A stretch of DNA of 64,000 nucleotides, from NCBI RefSeq assembly GCF_006345805.1, contig NC_043000.1:108128001-108192000 (forward strand), given 5' to 3'. Shown here piece by piece: positions 52,919-64,000 of this stretch; the stretch's first letter is position 1; each line of letters begins with the position of its first letter. Source of the DNA: Octopus sinensis (Eukaryota). The notes below the pieces were generated by a model. It saw only the letters and a program-made list of their open reading frames with translations. It had not been told where the DNA came from and searched no databases. The translations under genes were made by a program, and so were the position numbers.

Positions 52919-54302
52919 CCTTGCATATACAACTTTAAGACAATTCTGTCTGCTACAAGACTTGAAAAGCAATATTCCACTCAAATAATAATCAGACAAT
53001 ATGTCAGTACACACCGTAATCGGGCAATTTGTAGGCATTTTTCTATTTTTCTTTAATAACCAATAGAGAACAAAGTGAGATGAGTTAAGCAGAAACAGGT
53101 ATTAAAAACAAAAGAAAGACATATCTTTTCACATGTTATAATGCCTGGAATAACACTTTCCTCTCTCTCTAGGGAAAAAATGATTACTGAATCAATATCT
53201 TAGCTAAAAGAGTTGTTGCCTGGGGTTAGATATCATAAAAAGAATTCTGGTGAACATCTAACGTTTTGTATAATTTTCATGTGTATATCAAATTTGATCC
53301 TACGACAGAGATTAAAATCAATGGTATATGAAGTTCCTCGTTTAGTTTACGAACATGCACATGCATCGATTTTGCTCGATAGTTTGACACATAAATGAAT
53401 ACATAGATACATATATACATAGATACACACACATAAATATTACATATATACATATGTATATATTAATATATATTATGCATTTATACACACACACACACAT
53501 ACATACACCTATTTACATAAATATACATGGATCAGTTATTAATGAAGTTTATTTAATTTGTCAAATTTTGCACGGCCGTTAGCATTGCAATATATATTTA
53601 TTATTTTCTGATAGGAAGAAAAGCATATTTTATAACTCGAAAGCAACGTTAAAAAATTAATGTTAATGATAATATTCTCAAGAAACAAACAAAAAAGATA
53701 CAGAGAGAGTTGGGAGAGGATGAAAGAGAAAAAGAAAGAGAGAGAGAGAGAGACGATGTTGAGGATGTTGGTGATGACGAACTTCTATGTTGCTTTCGTT
53801 CTTTTAATGAATGTCTTAAATGAAATGACGGATTACTGCAGAATAAAATATGTTATATGAACGAACAATTTATATTCGCATAATTTCAAAGCCAATGAAT
53901 CAAAACAACAGCAAATATGTAAATACAAAAGAGGAAAAATAAAAGAAATGCGATAGAACACAAAATTTGGTTTGTTGTAAATGAAGAGCAGCTGGCTTTT
54001 ATCGCCTTACAGTTTTCATACATATTTTATTGCTATGTAGCTATGTATATGAACAAATAGATGGCAGTGTGGAAGGAAAGAAGTTAAAAGTAATACTACT
54101 TATAGTTTTGTTATTCTTTACTTTTATAATGTTGTTGAGTAATCTATAATATCGACACAATCTCAATCGTCCTGCTTTTAAAATTCGCAATTAATAACGT
54201 AACGGAAGCCATTCTCATGTTTGTATGTCACCATCACAGTCTCTTCGGCCGCCATACTATAAGTTTGCAATAATATTATTTAGCAAAGGAAGAGGTTTTA
54301 TG

Positions 54303-54344
<42 letters not shown>

Positions 54345-54350
54345 TATATA

Positions 54351-54645
54351 CTAGGGAGAGTCATTTTATTTCTGTGCCTTATAATGTAACACACTCACCG
54401 GTAAAATTTCCACTTATTTCTTATTTTTATTTTCCTAAAATTTTCGTTGCGTCTTGCAACTTTTTCAGTAGTCTTGACTCTCAATAGTCTTGAATCTCAA
54501 GACTATTGAATAGACTATTTTACCGGTGAGTGTGTTACATTATAAGGCACAAAAAGAAAATGACTCTCCCCAGACACAACAGAATATGCTTCAACACACG
54601 TACTCATATAAAGAATCTTGCCAACCAAATCCCAAAACGAAATAT
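54351..54645. mobile_element. Fold-back pseudo-LTR-like element with 57-bp inverted arms
   Basis: 54351-54407 vs 54517-54573 (54/57 match); tail ttcaacacacg...aatcttg is shared with the inverted end of the 8.9 kb Penelope element. Confidence 0.7.
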
Positions 54646-54687
54646 ATATATATATATATATATAATATATATATATACATACACGAA

Positions 54688-54815
54688 AAGCGGCGAGCTA
54701 GTAGAATGGTTAGCGTTAGAGTGTTTGACAAAAATGTTTAGAGACAGTTGTTCTGCCTTTTCTCGTTCTGCAGTTCAAATACTGCCAAATCAACTTTGCA
54801 TTTCGTCCTGGTAGA
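54688..54815 (+). mobile_element. SINE family B, 5' portion
   Basis: gcggcgagctagtagaatggttagcg...gttcaaatactgcc. Confidence 0.7.
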
Positions 54816-54929
54816 TCTAATGAGTAGGAGTCATGTGCTGAGGGCAGTGCTATCCACTAACACGCTTCGTGCGAATATTCAAATTATGTATGCATGTATG
54901 TGTGTATCTCTCTCTCTCTCTCTCTCTCA

Positions 54930-55012
<83 letters not shown>

Positions 55013-55149
55013 AGCCACGTAACTACACAAGTGCGTTTCTAGAACTATTCTTTCTTTCTCTCTGGATTTTCGTCCTTCCTCTCTGTGAGGAAGAGCTATG
55101 CTCAAAACGTCTAGTCCCCTCTTTTCTCCGTCTTAAATTTTCTCTCAAC

Positions 55150-55357
55150 ACCAATCTTATTTCTTTACTGTCCACAAGGGGCTACACACAGATGGGACAA
55201 ACAAGGACAGACAAACGGATTAAGTCAATTATATCGACCCCAGTACGTAACTAGTACTTATTTAATCGATCCGAAAAGGATGAAAGGCAAAGTCGACCTA
55301 GGCGGAATTTCAACGTAACCGCAGACGAAATACCGCTAAGTATTTCACCCGGCGCTC
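55150..55357 (-). mobile_element. SINE family B
   Basis: gatgaaaggcaaagtcgacctaggcggaattt...ccgctaagtatttcacccggcg. Confidence 0.8.
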
Positions 55358-55544
55358 TATGCACTGTGTACATCCTTTTGATTTTTACCGTTCTTCCTTT
55401 CTTTACTTTTGATTTGCCTTTGTATATGTGTATGTGTGTGTGTGCGTCTATATGTGTGTGTGACCGTATGTGCTTGCGCACGTGTATGTGTGTAATCATG
55501 CATATATATATATGTGTGTGTATACTATATATATATATATTCTT

Positions 55545-55868
55545 TTTCTCTTTTCTTTGTTTCAGTCATTTGACTGCGGCCATCATAGAGCCTTTAGTCG
55601 AATAAATCGTCCTAGTACTTATTTTATAGAGACGTGAACTCACTAACATCGGTTGTCAAGCGATGGGGGTGGGGCAAAAACAGACACGCAAAAACACACA
55701 CACACACACATACACGACGGACGTTTTTCAGTTTACGTCTACCAAGTCTACTCACAAGGCTTTGGCCTGAGGTTATTGTAGAAGAAACTTGGCGAAGGTG
55801 CCACGCAGTGTGACTGAACCCGGAACGATGTGGTTGTTAAGCAAGCCACTTACCACACAGCCACTCAT
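55545..55868 (-). mobile_element. SINE family A, internally deleted
   Basis: Tail gtttcagtcatttgactgcggcc, head gactgaacccggaacgatgtgg...cacacagccac. Confidence 0.85.
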
Positions 55869-55950
55869 ATATATATATGTATATATATATATGTGTGTGT
55901 GTGTGTGTATGATTATATGAACATATTTACATATATTAACTGACACACAG

Positions 55951-55998
<48 letters not shown>

Positions 55999-57399
55999 TA
56001 TTACCCTAATGTAATATATACATAACTGTACATTTGTATATTTTCCTGTGTTGGTAAAATGTGTTCATGTATACATGTGCGACTTGATGCAACAATATAT
56101 GTTTTTGTGTGAGTGCAGTTTATATCTTTTCAAAGAAAATTCTATTTACGGATCCAATTTGTAACATTCGGAGCGCATTCACTATAAAAATGATAAAGAA
56201 TTTCGAATAATGTAGCTCTGGTAGTCGTTCTCTCTTTTTTCTGGTGGTGTTCTTTTTGGTGAGATATTCAGGTTGTTTTGTTTTGCCTCAACTCAATCCT
56301 AATGAAGTGAAACTTGGTTTAAAGTTATTCCAGCTGTAATCATACCGTACCCTCTGGGGCATCCCTGAACGACATTTCTTATAGTGTGATTTCCTGTTTT
56401 AAGACGGTAGAGCATTACATAAGAGAAATTTAGCTGCTATTTATAGTATATTGTGTTACCACGTGGAGAATCTCTGGTGATTTGTGTATGGTGGAGGGAA
56501 AGGAACATAGCCAGATATATCGGTAGCATCACTTCTTAAATTCTTCTTTTCTTTAAAACACGATGTTGAAAGCCAAACATTAAAAAAGAAAAAAAAAAGA
56601 TTTCTATCTCAGTTCTTTATAGAAAAATTCTGAAAATAGACCTTAAAGAAGATTATTTCACACAATTATTATATATCAATTACTTTGAGGTAATTATTAA
56701 CGCGAAAATTGAAAATCAATTGAATCAATTTCACTGTATTACTTGTATATATGGAATCCGAATGGGTGATTGGTAAAATCTATTGAGATCACAAGGAATG
56801 AATATTAGAATATAGATAGACAAGCATTTACTCTTGTGGTTATCCTTTTCAGTCAATATACAGACTACTGTAATATATAACATTGTCGATATATATTATA
56901 AAATAATCAGATGTGAAAATGATAACGAGATTCACCACCGCTATCATTAATTCTATTACATCTGTTCCGGTATAAAATGGAATTTTTCAATTTTACTTCA
57001 TTGATCATTCCTCAATTGAGAAATATTGTCGTACAAGTGGGATTCAATAAAAACAAACAAATCATCTAAATAATATTCTTTGCCACTTTAGAGACATCGG
57101 CTATTATATATCCGTTGCATCAATAACTGCAATAACTATAGTGTCATTGTTATAAATAATAGCCTTCTTCTTTCGTTCTTTGTCGTCATGTCTACATCAT
57201 TATTGGTTCGTCATCTTCAGAGATTACTTCTTCACAACGCATGCGTAGTTGTGCGTTCATTAGGAAGTTCGAGCCGCAGAACGGATAAGGGCCTCTTCTG
57301 TCGCTTCGAGTATACCAAACCTGTGTCAGTGGAATTTTATAGGTGGAAACTGTGCTATAAATACATATATTTAAATATAAATGCATGCATGTGAATGTA

Positions 57400-57675
<276 letters not shown>

Positions 57676-57899
57676 ACACCGAAGCACAGATAGCATGTAA
57701 ATAATAGGCACCCTTCGGTTTCTTTTATCCAAAATCAAAAAGGATTTTTCAACTTAATATTTACATGCTATTATTTTATAGTTTTATATGTGTACGACGC
57801 GATATGGTATTCCTAAAACGAATTATTTCACGAAATATGTTGGTGCTTAACCACAAGTCCTGGCTGTTAAAGGAAACGATAATATTCACTCATCAATTA

Positions 57900-58400
57900 A
57901 GTGATCTATTGACTTGAGATTTTCCTTAGTTGTACTTGGTTTTCTTATCCAAATTATGCGAGGTATTTCGTGTTTTCGCAGTCCCTAAGTTTGAAAACAA
58001 TTTGGGATAGAGATGCAAAAATTATTATATATTCGTAACTAAATCAATCTGTGAACTACTTGTTTTCGATCTGAAGTTTTCGGTAATTGAGGTATAAATT
58101 CGTGCAGTGTATATCGTTAGTTCTATACTTTATACATTGCTGCTGTTGACCATTATGTGGAAAACTCTAAAGATATTTCTCTAGTCCCAACTACACAGTT
58201 AGCTGGTGTGGTGTTGAATGCAGATATTTGTGAGAGTAAGTGCAGCATAGATTGTGATATGAAACTTGAATAGTGATGTTATCGAGGCAGCTATAGCTGG
58301 CATTAGCACTACCGCAGTTGAAGAGCTTCTGAAATTTATGCATGGTTGGGAAATATCTAAATGTGATAGCCAATTCGGTTAGTAATTGCATTCAGGCTCT
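57900..58400 (-). mobile_element. Penelope-like retroelement relic (linker and GIY-YIG region)
   Basis: FPTMHKFQKLFNCGSANASYSCLDNI..HN resembles the PLE motif FP..H.L.KIFN.NT.K.SYSC..N; downstream ASLSQIVFKLRD resembles T.LS..IW.LK. Confidence 0.55.
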
Positions 58401-59964
58401 TTGATGTGTCGAAACGACTTCTGTTTCTCATCTGGTTCTGTTCTTTTGCCGTCAATGTTCATTGACTACATTTATCTAACATAAGCTAATTTTCGATTCT
58501 GTATCATTGGGGACCTACTGAGTTGAAAATAGACTTGTCGAAGACTAGGTTATTTTGTGTAGGTAATCTATGAGATTATAACGTGGAGTAGAAGGAAATT
58601 AAAATTTTGTAAATGTTTATAGTTGGCTTGTTTGAAGTTCTGTGAAAATAACGTTTGTCTGTTTCCAAATATAATATAATATCTAAAAAAATTAAAACAT
58701 TTTTACATATATACTAAAAATGATCTTCAACTTATATCCGTTATTTATGGATATTATCTCTTTAAAGTAAATCAAGCTGTATCTATTCGTGAGGTTTTCC
58801 CTTAGCCCTTATCTAATGCCCCTCACTCTTTCTGATACCCGAATAGCTGTACATAAGGATATAATCTGGTTACTTACGACGTCAACCATCTACTTCTCGT
58901 AAATATGTAAAAATTCATATAAATTCCTAAATGTAAGACAGAGCATATTTAATATAAAAGCTTATACAGAGGAACATTCTGTACTAAAGTCCAATTTTGT
59001 AATTAAAGTTATTTTAAATTTCTTTAATTGTATCTCGTAATTACGTCAGTGGCTTCTCTAAATCAATACTAGTTAGAAGATGTTCTCAGCCATATCTTAC
59101 GAATGGAAACACAGTAGTCCTGATTTGTTGGCGAGTTTCATAGTAGACGGCGAATAATGATGGAAATGATATTATGATCGAAAACGCAAAGAACGAAAAC
59201 AGGTGATCACCGGATTTTAAAAAATAGTTTAATGGTTTACACGTCTTTAGTTTCATTTCATTAAAATTTTACATATGCTTTGTCTCTGTATTGAATTACG
59301 TCTTTTATTGATACAATATAGCTTATATATATGTGCCAACATGTAAAAGTATTAATTTCGACATATTTTTTCCTTTTTTATCTCTCATCTCTCCCTCCAT
59401 TTTTTCTCTCGCACCTTTCTGTCCTGGAGCGTAGGCTCGAAACGTCAAATACTTTTCCATTTTCTCGAATGTCAAACTGATACGTCTGCATGTTGCTCTC
59501 TCATATGTGTATCTTTTTTCGTTTGTTTTCTGTACATTTGAACTATATGTTTGTGTATCTCTGTGTCTATGTGTGTGTGAGTGTGTATGTACATGTATGG
59601 ATGGATGGATGGATGTATGTATATATGCATATATATATATATGAATACAGGTATATATGTACATATATATAAATATATATATACATATATATACACACAT
59701 ATATATGTATAGGTACGCATGTTTATACAGGTGTGTCTGTTTACACTAATGTATACATACATGCATACATATCCACACATGCTTACTTCTCACATATTCA
59801 TAGTAACAAACAACCAAATACAAAACAAAATACAACGCAATTTCAGATACAAGTTAACTGCTAAATATCTTTAAATTCAGCGATAACATTCTCTTTGTTC
59901 GATTCTAATGTGTGTGTGGGCTTGTATGTATGTCTGTATGTATACATGCATAACCCATCACACG

Positions 59965-60002
<38 letters not shown>

Positions 60003-60503
60003 TAGATAATAATATATATGCATGCATTATTGTTTGTGTGCGTGTATGTGTGTACGTGTAACTAAATATAACTAGACAGATACGCATACACAGATGCCCA
60101 TGCATCCGTAAAAGAAAGCTTCACAAATATTGCATAATCGATAGCTGTAGGTTGTCCTCGTCGCTGAATCTGTTAAACTAGTCTAGTGTTATTGATTATA
60201 TATGGACTCGACAGTTGCTAAGAGCATTATGTGTAATTTCTAGTAGGTTATTATTGGTCAAGAGACATCATATTTCAACTTTATTAAATGTTCAAAAGCA
60301 TATAAGAGAATAGGTTGTTTTTTTTATCAAACAAATTATTTTACATCAAGGCTGTATACCAAATTATATGGCAAAACACGAGGACAATTCTGCTGGATAT
60401 ATTCTTTTTTAAAGAACATTGCAACAAATATAAAAATACTTATTAATACGCACGCGCACGCCCTACGCGCACACATACACATGTATATATAAAAAGATAT
60501 TTG

Positions 60504-60534
<31 letters not shown>

Positions 60535-60578
60535 TTTATACACATACATACGTATCTATCTATCTGTATATATATATA

Positions 60579-60628
<50 letters not shown>

Positions 60629-60642
60629 ATATATATATACAC

Positions 60643-61725
60643 GCGAGAAAGAAGCAACAAGAATGGATAGGTTTTTAGTACAATCGTTTCATACAAGGAC
60701 AGGCTTTATTAAAAGTTGTAAAAATTACAGCATATAAACGTGTCCCGTACTCATCAGCTAAAATACATGTGAGTTCTCTAGACATCCTAGTGGTTGAGGC
60801 TATACTCATGAAGTAATGTAGATAATTAAGTAACATAAACAGATTTCCAAAGTTCATTAAAGTTCTTTAAAGATGATGTACAGTCTTATCACAGCATTTT
60901 AAAAAAGTTCTAATAGCATCACAGAGAAGGTGACCTAATCCATAGAGCACATATGAATTTCCAGAGATATGATGAGGGATTACATACTCACAGAAGACAA
61001 ATTTATCCATTGTTAATCACAACGAGGTGGGTCTCAATTCCTGCTTATTAGCATTACAGGTATCAATTCTTGTTATATGATTAGGTATTTGCCACATTAA
61101 TCACATTACTGCTATTTACAAGAGGCTGTAGCTATGTGATTAATGTGGCAAATACCTAATCATATAACAAGAATTGATACCTACCTCATTGTGTTCAACC
61201 ATTGATAAATTTATCGCCTGTGAATATGAAATTCCTCTTCATTTCTCTGGAAACTTACATCTACACCATTGGAAATTGTGCATCTATACAAAGGATTAAT
61301 TCACCCTCTCTGTAATGCTAATAAGCAGGAATTGAGACCCACCTCGTTGTGATTAACAATGGATAAATTTGTCTTCTGTGAGTATGTAATCCCTCATCAT
61401 ATCTCTGGAAATTCATATGTGCTCTATGGATTAGGTCACCTTCTCTGTGATGCTATTAGAACTTTTTTAAATTCTGTGATAAGACTGTACATCATCTTTA
61501 AAGAACTTTAATGAACTTTGGAAATCTGTTTATGTTACTTAATTATCTACATTACTTCATGAGTATAGCCTCAACCACTAGGATGTCTAGAGAACTCACA
61601 TGTATTTTAGCTGATGAGTACGGGACACGTTTATATGCTGTAATTTTTACAACTTTTAATAAAGCCTGTCCTTGTATGAAACGATTGTACTAAAAACCTA
61701 TCCATTCTTGTTGCTTCTTTCTCGC
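60643..61725. repeat. Large nested fold-back: ~417-bp inverted arms enclosing a 49-bp-arm hairpin
   Basis: 60643-61059 vs 61310-61725 are reverse complements except one small mismatch/indel near 60895; inner inverted repeat 61058-61106 / 61134-61182. Confidence 0.97.
61605..61695 (+). ncRNA. Type I hammerhead ribozyme motif (mirror copy on minus strand at 60673-60763)
   Basis: ttttag CTGATGA gtac-gggaca...tgtcc-tt-gtat GAAAC gatt GTA ctaaaa: intact core, 6-bp stem I, extended stem II opening with G-U. Confidence 0.8.
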
Positions 61726-61839
61726 TTATAATCACCCCACATTACTGTATTGTTAAAACAGTATAGTTTTTTGGTGCATCTAAGTTAGGTACCATATTCA
61801 AGTAAATTCATTTAAATTAACTTGAATCTTTATTGCTTT

Positions 61840-61914
<75 letters not shown>

Positions 61915-62534
61915 TATATATTATATATATATATATATATATATTCCAGCTTAAAAGCCACACGCTGTGCAAAGTTTTCAGTTTGCTCCTGCAAGAGGGC
62001 TAATTAGGTCTGTGGGCCAAAACTAATGAGAGCTAAATAATATGACTATATACGTCTATAATGCCCCGATGGTGTTTGATCAGATTTTAAAGACGGGTGA
62101 CATTCTATTCAGTAATGCAATCATTTTATTGTTCCGGTCCCAAGTTGAATTTCAAATGTAGGCCAATTTGCCCTAAAGTTCTTGTCTCGACGTAAAATTA
62201 ACGAGGCGAGTGTCATTCATCTCCCACTTCATCTCTGACACCATCTGACAAACGCCAGCAACGATTTGTGAATAAGCCAAGCTTTATCTGCAAGAAGTAG
62301 AAATCCAAATGCTTTTAAGTCAGTTCCCAACCCTGGATGCTCAAGAACCAAATGACGGGCAGATTTTCAATTCGGAGATCATTGTGATTCCAAAAAGTTA
62401 TAATGTGTTGATGTAGTGCAAATGTAGACTGAGACACAGGGGCCCAAAGCAGAAGCAATTTCGCTCTTAATATAATAGATATATATACATGCATACACAC
62501 AGACACACACACACATACATATATACATAGTGTA

Positions 62535-62726
62535 GAGTTCCTGGCTTTGGGTAAAATAAAATACAGGAGGACCAGTTACTTATGATTTTATTCAATATAT
62601 TCCCCTATCAGATTCACACACTTTTTGCAGCCGTCCTTCAGTTTTTGTAAGCCCTGTAAAAGAACTCGGAGCTTTCAATCAGGCCATTCGCGATACCCTT
62701 AATTACCTTTTCACCACTCACTCGTG
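62535..62726 (-). mobile_element. Mariner-derived MITE
   Basis: Same family as 24.3 and 37.5 kb (aagccctgtaaaagaactcgga; decayed TIRs). Confidence 0.7.
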
Positions 62727-62732
62727 AATAAA

Positions 62733-62781
<49 letters not shown>

Positions 62782-62789
62782 ATGTGTGT

Positions 62790-62825
<36 letters not shown>

Positions 62826-62844
62826 TGTGTGTGTAGCTGATACA

Positions 62845-63152
62845 TCGTCGCATCAAACAACGAAGGGCCCACTTGATCCGATCATCGGACGAAACTAGTA
62901 GTAAGGTTAATGGTTGAAATGGTTGAGCACTCCACAGACACATGTACCCTTAATGAAGTTCTGAGAGAGATTTAGCTTGATACGCAATGTAACAAGCTGG
63001 CCCTTTGAAATAGAGAGGCAAATAATTTTTTACAACTAAGCCGGGTGAAGAAGCGTGGAGTAAAGTGCCTTGCTCAAGTATACAACGCGCCGGCAGATAT
63101 GGATCTTACGACCTTACGATCGTAAGTCGGGTACCCTAAACTACAAGCCTTA
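62845..63152 (-). mobile_element. SINE family C-related copy
   Basis: ttgatccgatca...gagcactccacagacacatgtacccttaa...ctggccctttgaaata is homologous to 14173-14542. Confidence 0.7.
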
Positions 63153-63259
63153 ACATATATATACTCCTTAGTCTCATATACTATCTAGGAATAATACACT
63201 CTAGAAATTTTAGATGAATCGCCCTGGCTCGTAAATTTTTGAAGTAAGAATATGTAGTA

Positions 63260-63424
63260 TACGATGGGGTGCTGAAAGTTTTGGTTTTAAGGGTGTTCCG
63301 AAAAGCCTGGTTGAAGGAACGCTGCAATAAATGTATGAATCTGAGAGGGTAATATTTTGAATAAAATAATAATCAACTGATCTTCCTGTATTTTCCTGAA
63401 CCCAAAGCCAGGAACCCCCTCGTA
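63260..63424 (+). mobile_element. Mariner-derived MITE, internally deleted
   Basis: TA-flanked; tacgatggggtgctgaaagtt ... aaagccaggaaccccctcgta. Confidence 0.7.
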
Positions 63425-64000
63425 TATATGTGTGGATCTCGGTGTGTTTGTGTGTGTACCTTCATGTGTGTAAGCGTTTGTGCGTTTGTGTGTGTGTGTG
63501 TGCGTGCGCATAAAATTACACACACCCACAAACACACAGAAGAACACAAACTCATACACATACATATACAAGCCGATGGGAGGCTTTTACGATAATGGTG
63601 TTGGACTATCCTGTTATCTATTTAAAATATATAATAGACTTAGATTTGAAATTGCCTCATAATTTCTCACTCACTAGCATGTTATTATTTGATGGACCTT
63701 CTAATGGCGAAACTAAATGGTGTAATATGATAGAAAAGAGGTATAAACAACTGCTAAACAAAGCGCTGCTACAATGTCACTGCATGACTTACCATATCTA
63801 CTCTTCTGCAAATACGCTCGAGCATTTTCTCCCCAGATCTTTGTATGCTATGCATATGTCCCTTCTTTCTCAACGTATACCGTGTATACTTATATGGTTT
63901 CTTTCTTTCATATTTTTTTAATCATTTCATTATATGTAATCCACCACATTTTATGTCTGTCTTTGTATCGTTCCCTTCATCCTTCGCGCTTGTGGCAAAT

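Noticed and set aside
63740-63880. Minus-strand GTAAGT donor near 63790 with an upstream open frame
   Set aside because: No acceptor tract or recognisable peptide.

Overview
AT-rich eukaryotic DNA with very dense microsatellites. I found no intact protein-coding gene; almost all ORF-track entries are microsatellite artefacts or decayed transposon frames. The SINE families and (TA)n/(TATC)n/(CATA)n density suggest a coleoid cephalopod, probably Octopus (inference from recalled repeat sequences, not a search). Mobile-element content: a Tc1 relic, a Helitron RepHel relic with 23-aa repeats, two non-autonomous Helitrons with intact A|TC...CTAG|T ends, Penelope-like (GIY-YIG) relics, an R4/Dong LINE relic, mariner, pogo and hAT MITEs, and about 20 tRNA-derived SINE copies. 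Most notable observations: (1) near-perfect fold-back palindromes (45.5 kb, 60.6-61.7 kb; related structures at 54.4 and 8.9-10.6 kb), the two best of which carry type I hammerhead ribozyme motifs pointing outward, so a read-through transcript in either direction makes the antisense arm first; (2) a full-length U6 snRNA retrocopy fused to a SINE/LINE 3' tail; (3) a strong YAG|GTAAGT recursive-splice-type site followed by a 94-nt exon with its own GTAAGT donor, implying part of the window is intronic to a + strand gene. Boundaries of decayed repeats are approximate.
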